Assembly: GCF_006345805.1 (NCBI RefSeq)
Contig: NC_043014.1
Span: 43,214,001-43,278,000, forward strand
Length of the DNA stretch: 64,000 bases
Reading direction: 5' to 3'
DNA from: Octopus sinensis
Lineage: Eukaryota
Positions 36,281 through 49,555 of this stretch are shown here, piece by piece (within the stretch, counting starts at the first letter, position 1; every line of letters starts with the position of its first letter). Position numbers and translations under genes: made by a program. The notes below the pieces were generated by a model. It saw nothing but the letters and a program-made list of their open reading frames with translations, was not told the DNA's origin and did not search any database.

Positions 36281-37243
36281 TTTCTTTATTACCCACAAGG
36301 GGCTAAGCACAGAGAGGATAAACAAGGACAGACAAACGAATTAAGTCGATTACATCGACCCCAGTGCATAACTGGTACTTATTTAATCGACCCCGAAAGG
36401 ATGAAAGGCAAAGTCGACCTCGGCGGAATTTGAACTCAGAACGTAACGGCAGATAAAATACCTATTTCTTTATTACCCACAAGGGGCTAAACACAGAGGG
36501 GACAAACAAGGACAGACATAGGTATTAAGTCGATTACATCGACCCCAGTGCATAACTGGTACTTAATTTATTGACCCCGAAAGGATGAAAGGCAAAGTCG
36601 ACCTCGGCAGAATTTGAACTCAGAATGTAACGGCAGATAAAATACCTATTTCTTTACTACCCACAAGGGGCTAAACACAGAGGGGACAAACAAGGACAGA
36701 CATAGGTATTAAGTCGATTACATCGACCCCAGTGCGTAACTGGTACTTATTTAATCGACCCCGAAAGGATGAAAGGCAAAGTCGACCTCAGCGGAATTTG
36801 AACTCAGAACGTAACGGCAGACGAAATACCTATTTCTTTACTACCCACAAGGGGCTAAACACAGAGGGGACAAACAAGGACAGACATAGGTATTAAGTCG
36901 ATTACATCGACCCCAGTGCGTAACTGGTACTTATTTAATCGACCCCGAAAGGATGAAAGACAAAGTCGACCTCGGCAGAATTTGAACTCAGAATGTAACG
37001 GCAGATAAAATACCTATTTCTTTACTACCCACAAGGGGCTAAACACAGAGGGGACAAACAAGGACAGACATAGGTATTAAGTCGATTACATCGACCCCAG
37101 TGCGTAACTGGTACTTATTTAATCGATCCCGAAAGGATGAAAGGCAAAGTCGACATCAGCGGAATTTGAACTCAGAACGTAACGGCAGACGAAATACCGC
37201 TAAGCATTTCGCCCGGTGTGCTAACGGTTCTGCCATCTCGCCT
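36277..37243 (-). mobile_element. SINE family B pentamer (5 x 184 bp, one tRNA head) with 18-bp TSD
   Basis: Units start at 36277, 36461, 36645, 36829 and 37013. ATATTCCTTCCACACCTA occurs at 36263-36280 and 37244-37261. Confidence 0.95.
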
Positions 37244-37436
37244 ATATTCCTTCCACACCTAGAGATCAATACTTGTTGATGCAACTGTCTTCTTTCATAT
37301 GCAGATATATGGTTTCTTAACATTAAGTCCAATTTGTCAAAGCATCTGTATTTCGCTCTCCTAGACCTCCATAGCCATTCACTGTAGGTTTAAAAAACCC
37401 TGTTGTATTTTTATAAATAAATATTATTCCTTTATT

Positions 37437-37943
<507 letters not shown>

Positions 37944-38544
37944 TTGGTAAGAATTGCATAAAAAAATTAAAATATTTTATGAATTATTGAAGTGTAAGCA
38001 ATTTATTGCGCATAAATTTTAACAACAAAATCTTATATGAACCCCCAAGTCTAACGGACCCCTAGGTCTATATGGATCCTGAAGGGTCATATGGACGCTG
38101 GTTGAGAATCACTGAGCCAGAAAGTTTATCATCGAAGGCAACAAGAAATTCCAGTAAGTCACTGAGATGTTTTGAGTGGAACAAAGCAGTGAGTGACACA
38201 GTGGTAGAATAATTAAGTAGACAAGGCAATCAGAGCAAAGTGATCAACTTGGAAAGAGGAGCAGAAACAAGGAAACAAGGAACCAAGGAATGATGTTAAG
38301 AAATTCAGTGAGAAGCAAATCTTCAGACTTATTTCTTTAGATAAATGACTGACAGTAAGCAGTTTGTTGCTGTCTATCACTGAAGAGAAAAACATTAAAT
38401 ATTTTACGGTTCCTAACTGCAAAAAAACTGTGCTCAAATGAACCATGATATCAACTAAATAGATATAAGTCGTAATACTTACGGAGATGTACTTGCATAG
38501 CAAGTGATTTGATCTGAGATCGTGTGCTGAAACAGAAACAATTA

Positions 38545-38783
38545 CAGCGTGGAAGGTGTTTGTAAGCCATTTAAGAAACACACAAAAGCCGTTCGACTCA
38601 CTTCAACATTTAAGTTTAATTTGTCAAAATATTTTCGTCGCTTTAAGACCGCGACCTTTTGTCAGTGAACAGGTCGCGGTCTTAAAGCGACGAAAATATT
38701 TTGACAAATTAAACTTAAATGTTGAAGTGAATCGAACGGCTTTTGTGTGTTTCTTAATTGGCTTACAAACACCTTCCGCGCTG
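38545..38783. repeat. Long palindrome: 113-bp arms, 13-bp loop
   Basis: 38545-38657 versus 38671-38783, three mismatches. The similarity extends weakly ~7 bp further. Confidence 0.97.
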
Positions 38784-39169
38784 CAGTTGTAATACTGTTG
38801 TGCTTCTCTTGTGTTATCTGTATTGTTTTTATACCAGCCCGTGTTGCATGATTTCTAGGCTTCTCCCAATGATAGTGTTTGGGAACAGGTGAAGGAGTTG
38901 TAGCTGGGTTGTGTAGACTTGTGAGAAGGTTGCGTAGAATTGGTGAGACTGGAGTCTTGTTTGTTATTTTTATGTGTTTTTGTATCTTTCTCAAGTATGT
39001 TGTTGTGCATGCCTTGTTAGTTTTTCGGGGTGGGTATTGCTTGTTGCGTTTGCTACTACAAGCAAGACTTCAAAGTATGTTTCCAGGCCCTTGTTGTAGT
39101 TTTACTAGGCCTGTTATGTCGTATTGGGTTGTAATTAAGGACTTGAGATGGAGGAGGTAGCTAGCTTGT

Positions 39170-39380
39170 TGAGAAAGGAAGAGAGAGAAAGAGAGAGGCG
39201 GAGAGAAAGATAGATAGAGAGAAAGAGAGAGGGGTTGAGAAAGATAAATCGAGAGAGAGAAAGAGAGAAGGGGAGAGAAAGAGAGAGAGAGAGAGAGAGG
39301 GGGAGAGAATGATATTTCGAGAGAGAGAGAAAGAGAGAAGGGGAGAGAAAGATATATCGAAAGAGAGAAAGAGAGAAGGG

Positions 39381-39414
<34 letters not shown>

Positions 39415-39550
39415 GGGAGAGAATGATATTTCGAGAGAGAGAGAAAGAGAGAAGGGGAGAGAAAGATATATCGAAAGAGAGAAAGAGAGAAGGGGAGAGA
39501 AGAGAGAGAGAGAGAGAAAGAGAGAGGGGAGAGAGAGATAGATAGAGAGA
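39170..39550. repeat. (GA)n-rich tract with a ~114-bp internal duplication
   Basis: GAATGATATTTCGAGAG..GATATATCGAAAG module at ~39305 and ~39420. Confidence 0.9.
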
Positions 39551-39796
39551 GAAATTAAATTATTTTATCAATCATATTGGATGACTATATATATATGTAG
39601 TTACTCTCACTCCACCCTCTCTCTCTCTCTTTCCCTTATCCTCCCACTCTCTCTCTTTCCCTTATCCTCCCCCTCTCTCTTTTTCTTTTGTCCTCATTTA
39701 CACATCTCTCTTTGCCTCTTTCCCCTTCTTTCTCTTTCTTTTGCCTTCTCTCTCTCTCATGTGCACATCTTTCTTTGCTGCTTCCCTCTCTCTCCT

Positions 39797-39829
<33 letters not shown>

Positions 39830-39981
39830 CTATGCTAAAAAGAGAGAAGCGGAATATATAGATTACAATAGATAATTGGATTTGAAGAGTTGGTGGTAGA
39901 GTTATTTCCATACAATATAACTTGAATAAATGAATGAATGAATGAATAATCTTGGGAACATTTCAGTTAAAACACAGAGTA

Positions 39982-39989
39982 ATGATGAC

Positions 39990-40054
<65 letters not shown>

Positions 40055-40502
40055 CGATGACGATAATGCTGCTGCTGATGATGATGATGATGACGACGAC
40101 GATGATGACGATAACGCTGATGATGATGATGACGACGACGACGATGATGATGACGACGACGATGATGACGATAACGCTGATGATGATGATGATGACGACG
40201 ACGATGATGACGATAACGCTGCTGATGATGATGATGACGACGACGACGATCATGCTGATGATGATGATGACGACGACGATGATGACGTTGATGATGATGA
40301 TGACAACAATGATGATGATGGCAACGATGATGATGACGACAATGATGATGATGATGATGATGATGGTGGTGATGATGATGATGATGACGACGATGATGAT
40401 GACGATGACAATGATGTTGATGATGATGATGACAACAATAATAATGATGACGATGATGATCATCATCATCATGATCATGATGGTGGTAGTGATGATGATG
40501 AA
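39982..40502. repeat. (GAT/GAC)n tract with a repeated GATAACGCTGATGAT module
   Basis: Direct inspection. Confidence 0.95.
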
Positions 40503-40924
40503 GATATATCACTGTATATACAATGTACATATTTCTGTTGAATATAAAACACTGAAACAGCATTCCAGCTTCTGATTACAATAGACTCCCCTACAGCAAG
40601 ACACCTGTTTCTGTCTCTCTATCGTGTTTTAATCACTCGACACCTGCCTTAAAACCACCTCCTTCGATGCCACTACTCTGTCTCTCAGTTGAAGTGGTCA
40701 GGTCGGGTCTTAGTCTTGCGAGTTACTTGGTGACTTGGTGACTTCACTAGTGCTGGTGCCATGTAAAAAAACAAAAAGTGGGGGCTGGGAGCACCTGGTG
40801 CACTCTGTAATGTGGTTGGTGTTAGGAAGAGCATCCAGCTGTCGAAACTATACTGAAGCTGACACTGGAGCATGGTGCAGTCCTCCAGTGCATTGGCTCA
40901 TGTCAAACCATTCAACCCATGGTC

Positions 40925-41305
40925 TTTACTCTTTTACTTGTTTCAGTCATTTGGCTGCGGCCATGCTGGAGCACTGCCTTTAGTCGAGCAAATCGACCCC
41001 AGGACTTATTCTTTGTAAGCCTAGTACTTATTCTATCGGTCTCTTTTGCCAAACCACTTAGTTACGGGGACCTAAACACACCAGCATCAGTTGTCAAGCG
41101 ATGTTGGGGGTGAAGACAAACACAGACACACAAACATATACACATATATACAACGGGCTTCTTTCAGTTTCCGTCTACCAAATCCACTCACAAGGCTTTT
41201 TGATTGGCCCGAGGCTATAGTAGGAGATACTTGCTCAAGGTGCCATGCAGTGGGACTGAACCCGGAACCATGTGGTTGGTAAGCAAGCTACTTACCACAC
41301 AGCCA
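40925..41305 (-). mobile_element. SINE family A
   Basis: Full body on the minus strand. Confidence 0.9.
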
Positions 41306-41519
41306 TGATGATAATAATAACGATGACAATGATGATGACGATCATCATCATCGTCATTGCCATCATCATCATGTTCATGGAGATGATTATGATGGCTTCA
41401 TTTCATATCATTCCAGTTAACTCAACTGTAAAGGAATACCAGTCAGGTACTGGTGCATTTGTCTCCTTTGATCCAGCAGCACATCTTGGACAGGCTACTA
41501 CGGGGGAGACATAGTGGAG

Positions 41520-41942
41520 ACTAAAAGGAATGTCTATGTCTGCTAATAAATATATGGATGGAAGCACTCCATTGGTTACAATGACAAGGATTCCGGTTGA
41601 TCCGAATCAATGGAATAGCCTGCTAGTGAAATTAACGTGTAAGTGGCTGAGCACTCCACAGACACGTGTACCCTTAACGTAGTTCTCAGGGATATTCAGC
41701 ATGACACAGAGAATGACAAGGCCGGCCCTTTGAAATACAGGTGCAACAGAAACAGGAAGTAAGAGTGAGAGAAAGTTGTGGTGAAAGAGTACAGCAGGGA
41801 TCACCACCATCCCCTGTCGGAGCCTCGTGGAGCTTTTAGGTGTTTTCGCTCAATAAACACTCACAACGCCCGGTCTGGGAATCGAAACCGCGATCCTACG
41901 ACCGCGAGTCCGCTGCCCTAACCAGTGGGTCATTGCGCCTCC
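41520..41942 (-). mobile_element. tRNA-derived SINE family E
   Basis: Minus strand GGAGGCGCAATGACCCACTGGTTAGGG..GGTTTCGATTCCCAGACC (A and B boxes). Confidence 0.85.
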
Positions 41943-42089
41943 TAACAAATATATATACATTTAGTAAAAGCATAGCATATGCATCAAGCTATACTCACTC
42001 ACAAATGATGAGACTCCAAAGACGTAGATTTACAATGATACAAATAGCAACAAATAGTTTGTAATTTGTACAAACTATTTGTATCTCTT

Positions 42090-43725
42090 GTGTCATGACA
42101 TATTCATACTGTTGACTAATCATGGCTTGTTCCTCCTCCATTTATTTCTATCTCTCGCAACATCACCCAGGTCTTTCTCACTCCGTGCATTTATTCTCTT
42201 CTTCATCCAATCAAACATTTTCATTCTCTGCCTTCCTCTCACTCTCCTTCCCACCAGCTCAGTCTCCACCATCTAATGCTCCATTCCATTATCCTCTCTG
42301 AGAAAATGACCAACAAATCTCCACTGTCTCTCTCTGATAGTATCCATCAACTGTCTCTTCACTTTCATCTTCTTCAACCTTTCCACATTCGTCACCCTCT
42401 GTACCCGCAAGATTCTAAGCGTTTTTCTATAAAACCACATTTCTGCAGCTTTGAGTCTCTTCTCTATAACTTTGCTTATTGTCCAAGACTCACATCCATA
42501 TGTTAGCACTGACCAGATGTTGCACTTCAATAGTCTTTTCTTGACTTCCATTCCAATTCTCTTTTTAAAAAAAAAATGCTCCTCGTATCCACAAAAGTCT
42601 TCTTGGCTAATCCAATTCTGCACTTGATGTAATCCAACTTCCCAGATATATGGAACTGACCTTCTGCTCTATCCCTGTTCTATTCACCATCAAACGATAT
42701 GTGGGTACCTGTGCTTTCTTGGTACAGACCATTGAGAAGGTTTTCTGGAAGTTAATCTTCCAGCCAAGCTTTCCACTCTCCTCCGTCATGATATTAACTA
42801 ATCCCTGAAGCTTCTCTCCTGTGTCTGCAAACAAAGCCGTATCATCTACATACCTTAGATTGTTATAATTCCTTTCCCCCCAGTTGTAGCCCTGAAATTG
42901 CCTTGATCTTGCTTAGAGCTTTCTCACTGTACAGGTTGAATAAACCAAGTGACAAAATACAACCCTGCCTCACACCTTTCTGAATGTCAGTCCAGTTGCC
43001 CAATTCTCCATGCACTTTGATGGTTGCTTTCAGGTCCCAAGGTCCCAATACAAATTTCAGATCATTTTTAGATCTTTCCCATCTACCTCGAGCTCTTCCA
43101 ACATTCTCACCAACTCTTCATGCTTGACACAGTCAAACGCCTTCACATAGTCAATAAAACAGATGTACAAGTCTTTTTGTTTCTCTATACACTTTTCGGA
43201 GGCGTGTGGCTTTGTGGTTAGGATGTCAGCATCATGATCGTAAGATTGTGGTTTCGATTCCTGGACCGGGCAACGAACGCATTGCATTCTTGAGCAAAAT
43301 GCTTCATTTCACGTTGCTCCAGTCCACTCAGCTGGCAAAAATGAGTAACACTGCGATAGACTGGCGTCCCGTCCAGCTGGGGAACACATACGCCATTGAA
43401 ACCGGGAAACTGGGCCCATGAGCCTGGCTAGGCTTTAAAAGGGCGCACTTATTTATATTATTATACACTTATTTATATTATTTCCACCAACGTGCTGAAG
43501 CAGCATTTCTTGTCCCCTTTCCTGTTCGATAACCAAACTGTTCATCTGATAGGTTTCCCCTAATAGTACCTTTCACTCAATTCAACTCCAAATAATCTCC
43601 AAATAATCTTTGTCACATGACTCATTAGGTTTATCGTTCTGTGATTTTTGCACTCGGTTGTTCCAGACTTTTTAGGCAAGGCAATGAAGATTGATTCCAG
43701 CATTTCTTCAGGAACATCCCCCAAT
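42090..43725 (-). mobile_element. RTE-clade LINE, 5'-truncated RT relic
   Basis: IFIALPKK..HRTINLMSHVTK..FIDYVKAFD..KGVRQGCILS..LFNLY..RYVDDTAL..YLGSWIT..WSVLTYGCESWTI..GRRVRGRQR. Confidence 0.95.
43198..43455 (+). mobile_element. tRNA-derived SINE (family E-like head) inserted in the RTE
   Basis: GGAGGCGTGTGGCTTTGTGGTTAGG..GGTTTCGATTCC. It splits the codons FSTLVE|KCIEKQK. Confidence 0.85.
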
Positions 43726-44395
43726 TTGCTAGGCTTACAAAGAATAAATCTTGGGATCAACTTCTACTAAAAAAAACCTCCAGGATTGATGGTGCTCCAG
43801 CTTGGCCACAGTCAAATATCTGAAACAAGTAAAAGAATAAAAGAATAAAACACTGTACATCTATAAAGGGATTCTCTCATTACTACTTCAGTGAGTACAA
43901 TGAAATTAATGTTCCACTAAGGAGGTCTAAAAAGGCCAGAACATGTCATGAGTTACTTCTCATAGTTGCTGAATTAATTCAAATAATGATACTGGTTTCA
44001 AATTTTGGCACAAGGCCAACAGTTTCATGGGAAGTGGATAAGCTGATTACATCAGCTCCAGTGCTCAAGGCAGGGGACAGGTAGAACCATTAACATGCTG
44101 GGCAAAATGCTTAGTGGCACCTCATCCGCCTTTATGTTCTGAGTTCAAATTCTACTGAGGTTGACTGGGCATTTTGCCTTTTTGGGACAGACAAAATAAA
44201 TACCAGTTAAACACTTCAGTCTATGTAATCACACCCTTAGTTTCAGGTTGTGAAATTAGGTGTTGGTCGCACTACAATCTGGGGAGTTACATGACCCAAA
44301 TATTTATTCTTTTATTTGGTTCAGAGAGGTGTAAACACACCAACATCGGTTGCCAAGCGATGGTGGGGGGATAAACACAGACGCACAAATACATA

Positions 44396-44399
<4 letters not shown>

Positions 44400-44439
<40 letters not shown>

Positions 44440-44913
44440 CCATCATCATCGTTTAATGCCTGTTGGACGGTTCGACCGGGGTCTGGGAAGCCAGGAGGCT
44501 GCACCAGGCTCCAGTCTGATCTGGCAGTGTTTCTACGGCTGGATGCCCTTCCTAACGCCAACCTCTCCATGAGTGTAGTGGGTGCTTTTTACGTGCCACC
44601 GTCACAGGTGCCAGCGGAGTCTGGCAGCAGCCATGATCGGTTGGTGCTTTTTACGTGCCACCGGCACAGAAGCCAGTTAAGGCAGGGCTGGCATCGGCCA
44701 CATTCGGATGGTGCTTTTTACGTGATATATATATATATATATATATGTATACGACAAGCTTCTTTCAGTTTCCATCCACCAATTCCACTCACAAGGCATT
44801 GGTCAGCCTGAGACTATAGTAGAAATCACCTGCCCAAGGTGCCATGCAGTGGGACTGAACCGGGAACTATGTGGTCAGGAAGCAAGCTTCTTACCACACA
44901 GCCACTCCTGTGC
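44400..44913 (-). mobile_element. Family C copy followed by a SINE A head fragment
   Basis: 44400-44725 family C; 44745-44913 family A. Confidence 0.8.
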
Positions 44914-45215
44914 CTATTATTAAAATTATTAAAATCTTTAAACTAAAAATCAGAGTGAATCAATGTTATCAAAAAGAGCAATATGCAGACTTCCAGTTTC
45001 TACTTTTTAGTAAACAGATTCCACAAAAACGTTTCCATAGCAACTTGAAAGCAGAAAGGCCCAGGCCCAGGGTACATGCCTGGTCTACTGATATGTTGCT
45101 GCCTACTTCAGATCCCTGTGATGACGAGCAGATAGGTCACATCCCTGATTTTTATCAAAATTTTTTGGTAAAAGAAAGTGCGACCTATTGGTGAGTATAT
45201 ATGGTAACTCATTTT

Positions 45216-45638
45216 GGATCTTTTCAGTTTGAACGGCAGTTTTTAACATAATTTCTAGGTAACTAAAAAATTTTAAACTTCGTTTACTGGTAGAATGTGT
45301 TTATAAAACATCTTTTTCTCTTGGCTTTAACTGAGAAAATTCTATAGTTTGTAAGATATTTGTTGGGTTTTTTTTCTTCAATTTCTGCAATTTCAACCAA
45401 TCAGTGACGTCTATTGAAGTAAAAAAACATTCTGTGCCGTATGAATATGTCCCTCGTTTAAGAAACAGATTGGGTTTATTTACATTTGTGAAGAAAAAAA
45501 AAGATACCCTTCCCCCCACCCCTAACCCTAACCCTAAAACAGATTTAAATGCAATAGATCGATACTAGGGTCATAATTATGGGTGACAATTTCATATGAC
45601 ACCGCTAGAAAAAACTGCCATTCAAACCGAAAAGATCC
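45216..45638. mobile_element. Merlin-like MITE (GG termini, ~30-bp TIR, 8-bp TSD)
   Basis: CTCATTTT|GGATCTTTTCAGTTTGAACGGCAGTTTTT ... AAAAACTGCCATTCAAACCGAAAAGATCC|CTCATTTC. Confidence 0.8.
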
Positions 45639-46371
45639 CTCATTTCCTGTATCTCAAATGCCCATGCACATAATGGACTATACACGGTTCTTGTGCAGCG
45701 GAGGTTAATTCTCATTGCTCGAAATATTGAAATATGCAAACACTTATTTAACTACACTGTACCATGATTATCCAGTTCTAAGCAGGTGAACGAGCAGTGG
45801 TAGACTGCTTATTAGTACAACATGTGACCGCATGCCAGGACATCAGCTCTCAAAGAAACATTACTGCGAATGTGAGTTCAAGAAGAGTTCAACTTAATCC
45901 AACGTTAGCAGCCTCATTAAGGAATCAATCTATGTTCCAGCCATTTCTGCAGGCCACAAAAATGAGAAATGACTTATTATTCTCTAAGCAAGCCACAAAA
46001 ACAGCTTGTTTGAATGGAAATAAAACACCTATTACCGAACATAATTGCCAAACACTAACGATGCAATATCTCTTAGAATATGGATGACATATCACCTGTC
46101 TATTGAAAATTCAGCTACCTGGTAATTGCATTATTTATTTATTTGTTTATTTATTACATTTTTATCTTACTTTATTTTATATCACAATTTGAGAGCAATA
46201 GTGTTGTTGGTCGTATGTCTCCAATAGGTCAATCGCAGGTTTATTGTATTTCTGATGACAAAGGATCAAAAACATGTATCCATAGTTCAATTGAAAGCAC
46301 TTCATTTTGCAGAAAGGTCTTTTTCCCTGGTGTTTTATATTTTTCATTGATATAGACTGACAAAAGATATA

Positions 46372-46500
46372 CGAGATGGTATCAGAAATTTCCTGGACTA
46401 GTTCTTTAGCAACACACACATGGTTGCGTGCACAATGAGAGCCAGCAGTGACCTTCATGAGGTACTGTGTTGAGTGACATTGTTGTGTTTACTTTACAAG
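46372..46500 (+). mobile_element. Mariner-like left end
   Basis: TA|CGAGATGGTATCAGAAATTTCCTGGACT resembles the 22958 terminus. Confidence 0.55.
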
Positions 46501-46502
46501 TT

Positions 46503-47263
46503 GTGAAATTTGTGATTTTGTGATGAAAGAGCCAACGTGAAATTTGTGCTTTTGTGACAAAAGAGTCAATGTGAAATTTGTGCTTTTGTGACGAAAGAGT
46601 CAACATGAAATTTGTGCTTTTGTGATGAAAGAGCCAATGTGAAATTTGTGCTTTTATGATGAAAAAGCCAACGTGAAATTTGTGCTTTTATGATCAAAGA
46701 ACCAACATGAAATTTGTAATTTTATGACGAAAGAGTCAATGTGAAATTTGTGTTTTGTGACGAAAGAGTCAATGTGAAATTTGTGCTTTTGTGATGAAAG
46801 AGCCAACATGAAATTTGTGCTTTTATGATGAAAGAGCCAATGCGAAATTTGTGTTTTTATGATGAAACAGCCGTGAAATTTGTGCTTTTGTGATGAAAGA
46901 GCCAATGCGAAATTTGTGCTTTTATGATGAAAGAACCAACATGAAATTTGTGCTTTTATGATGAAAGAGCCACATGAAATTTGTGCTTTTATGATGAAAG
47001 AGCCAACATGAAATTTGTGCTTTTATGATGAAAGAGCCAACATGAAATTTGTGCTTTTATGATGAAAGAGCCAACAGGAAATTTGTGCTTTTATGATGAA
47101 AGAGCCAATGCGAAATTTGTGTTTTTATGATGAAACAGCCGTGAAATTTGTGCTTTTGTGATGAAAGAGCCAACATGAAATTTGTGCTTTTGTGATCAAA
47201 GAGCCAACATGAAATTTGTGCTTTTATGATGAAAGAGCTAACGTGAAATTTGTGCTTTTGTGA
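46503..47263 (+). repeat. 34-bp minisatellite, ~22 units
   Basis: ATGAAATTTGTGCTTTTATGATGAAAGAGCCAAC and variants. Confidence 0.97.
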
Positions 47264-47669
47264 TATTTGGGCCTGATATGGCTGGTTTAAATGCTAAGGG
47301 GTTAACAGAATGGCCTTGAAATTGGGTTTGAGTTCACCATAATGCCGAATCATGCACAACAAACAAGAATTGGTAGACAGGTACAGTGAGTAGGTAGAGG
47401 TCACTGAGTACACAGAATAACTGGATTGGCAAGTGTTTAGGTCTCTTGGTAGGCTGAGTTCAAATCATTTTCATGGGTCTACGGAATGTAAAATGGGAAC
47501 TGCTTATGTCCCCTATAAAATAGATGTCATACTCCTGCTACCCTAAATGACAGTGGGACCAGAAGGAGACTATAGGGCATAGCTGCTTCGATGCTGAGGA
47601 TTTGGTATGACCGATCCAGATATTCGGCCTGTTTTGACAACAATAAATTTTGGTACTGGAGGCAAACAC

Positions 47670-47671
47670 AT

Positions 47672-47710
<39 letters not shown>

Positions 47711-47935
47711 CAGACACACACATATGCAGACACACACACACATACACATACATGCAAGCACACACATGCACACACACATACACACTTACATGCATATTCA
47801 CACACATGCACACACATACACGTTCAGAAACACATTCATACACACTTACACATTCAGACACACACACACACACACACACATGCAAACACATGCATGCACA
47901 CAAGCATACACACACATGCATGTGCAGAGATATAT
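47670..47935. repeat. (CA)n compound microsatellite
   Basis: Direct inspection. Confidence 0.95.
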
Positions 47936-49304
47936 ACATGCAGACAGAAAGAGAGAGAGGGGGGTTGAGTGAGAGGATAGAAAGAGAGAGACATTATTCA
48001 TACATACAAACCTAGCCAGATATTCACATCACTCACATAAACAGAAAGAGAAGGAGAAGGGGAGAGAATTGGAGAGAGAAAGAGGGAGATGGAGAGAGGG
48101 GGAGAGCAAGAGGCAGAGGGAGAGAGGGGGAGAGCAAGAGGCAGAAGGAGAGAGGGGCAGAGCAAGAGAGGCATTAAAATGAGAGAAACAAGAGAAACTT
48201 GAAAACATCTAATGTCAACTAAATGAGAGTCGAATCAGCAATGCCAAATAGGCGGCGCCAAAACAGCTGTGCCAGAACGTCTCATATCCCAGTAGACTTA
48301 TTCGTAATACAGCAGCCAGCTTCAACCTAAAACTGTTTCCATTAAGTATGTGAATACTGGCAGTGATAAATTGATGTATTTCACAATATTTAATGCCATT
48401 TACAATTTCATGACATGTCTCTAGTGATGGTTTGATACAGGAGAATAAAAAGAATAAAACTAAAAAAAAATTAATAAAAGAAATCTTCATATTTTATACT
48501 TGATAGTAATAACTTTTCGTTTTGTTGTTGCTATACAGATGCATCATTCCAAGCTCCTAGATCTTTCCAATGTTCGTGAATATTCAGCAAGTAGCACAAT
48601 ATCTTTGTCTATATTTTGTATATCGAATGCTAATGAAAACTTAATATTTGTGTTACCATAAATACTCTTTGTTGAATGTTTCATCATATGCTTTCAAAAC
48701 CATCGGCGTTGTTAGACAATATGGAAAGAATAAAGACGACAGCCTCACTGTATCAACAACTCATGGTAGATATGGATGTTACCTTTGACTAAGCAGTGAC
48801 AAACAGATCAAAAGAATTACAGATCAGTATACATTTTTTTTTCTCAGCCGTTAATCTGAAAATAAAGAGAAAGGTTACAGTTCAAAGCTATATTCTATGA
48901 TATAGAATAATAACTATGAGATTCGACTGAGCTGAGAACACCAGAGCAAGTTAGTTAGTCGCAGATTTATATTTCGATCTTTTAAAACCATTTGTAACCA
49001 TATATACTTAATGAAATATACTACCTACGGATTATAGTTAGTAGTGAAAATAATCAGACATTTGGAATTATTAAGCATAATAAACGGCTCTTTCTTCATT
49101 AAGCTGTAATTTGGAATTTAAATTACCAAAAAGATAATACACAGAATTATGATGGAGTACTTAAAGTTAGATATAAGCATTTTAAAATAAATGGTTTTCT
49201 ATCTAAGAACCAGAATTGGTTTCAAACAGATTGCTGTGAATAGTTTAAATCTGAAGATTATATAGATACCATTATAACAACGATGACTACATATATATAT
49301 ATAT

Positions 49305-49522
49305 ATTCTTTTCTTCTTTTACTTGTTTGAGTTATTTGACTGTGGCCATGCTAGAGCGCCGCCTTTAGTCAAACAAATCGACCCCAGGAATTATTCTTTG
49401 TAAGCCTAGTACTTATTCTATTGGCCTTCCTTGCTGAACCAACGAGTTACAGGGACATAAACACACCAACGTCAGTTGTCAAGCAATGATGGTGGGGAGG
49501 CTGATCACAGACACATAAATAC

Positions 49523-49555
<33 letters not shown>

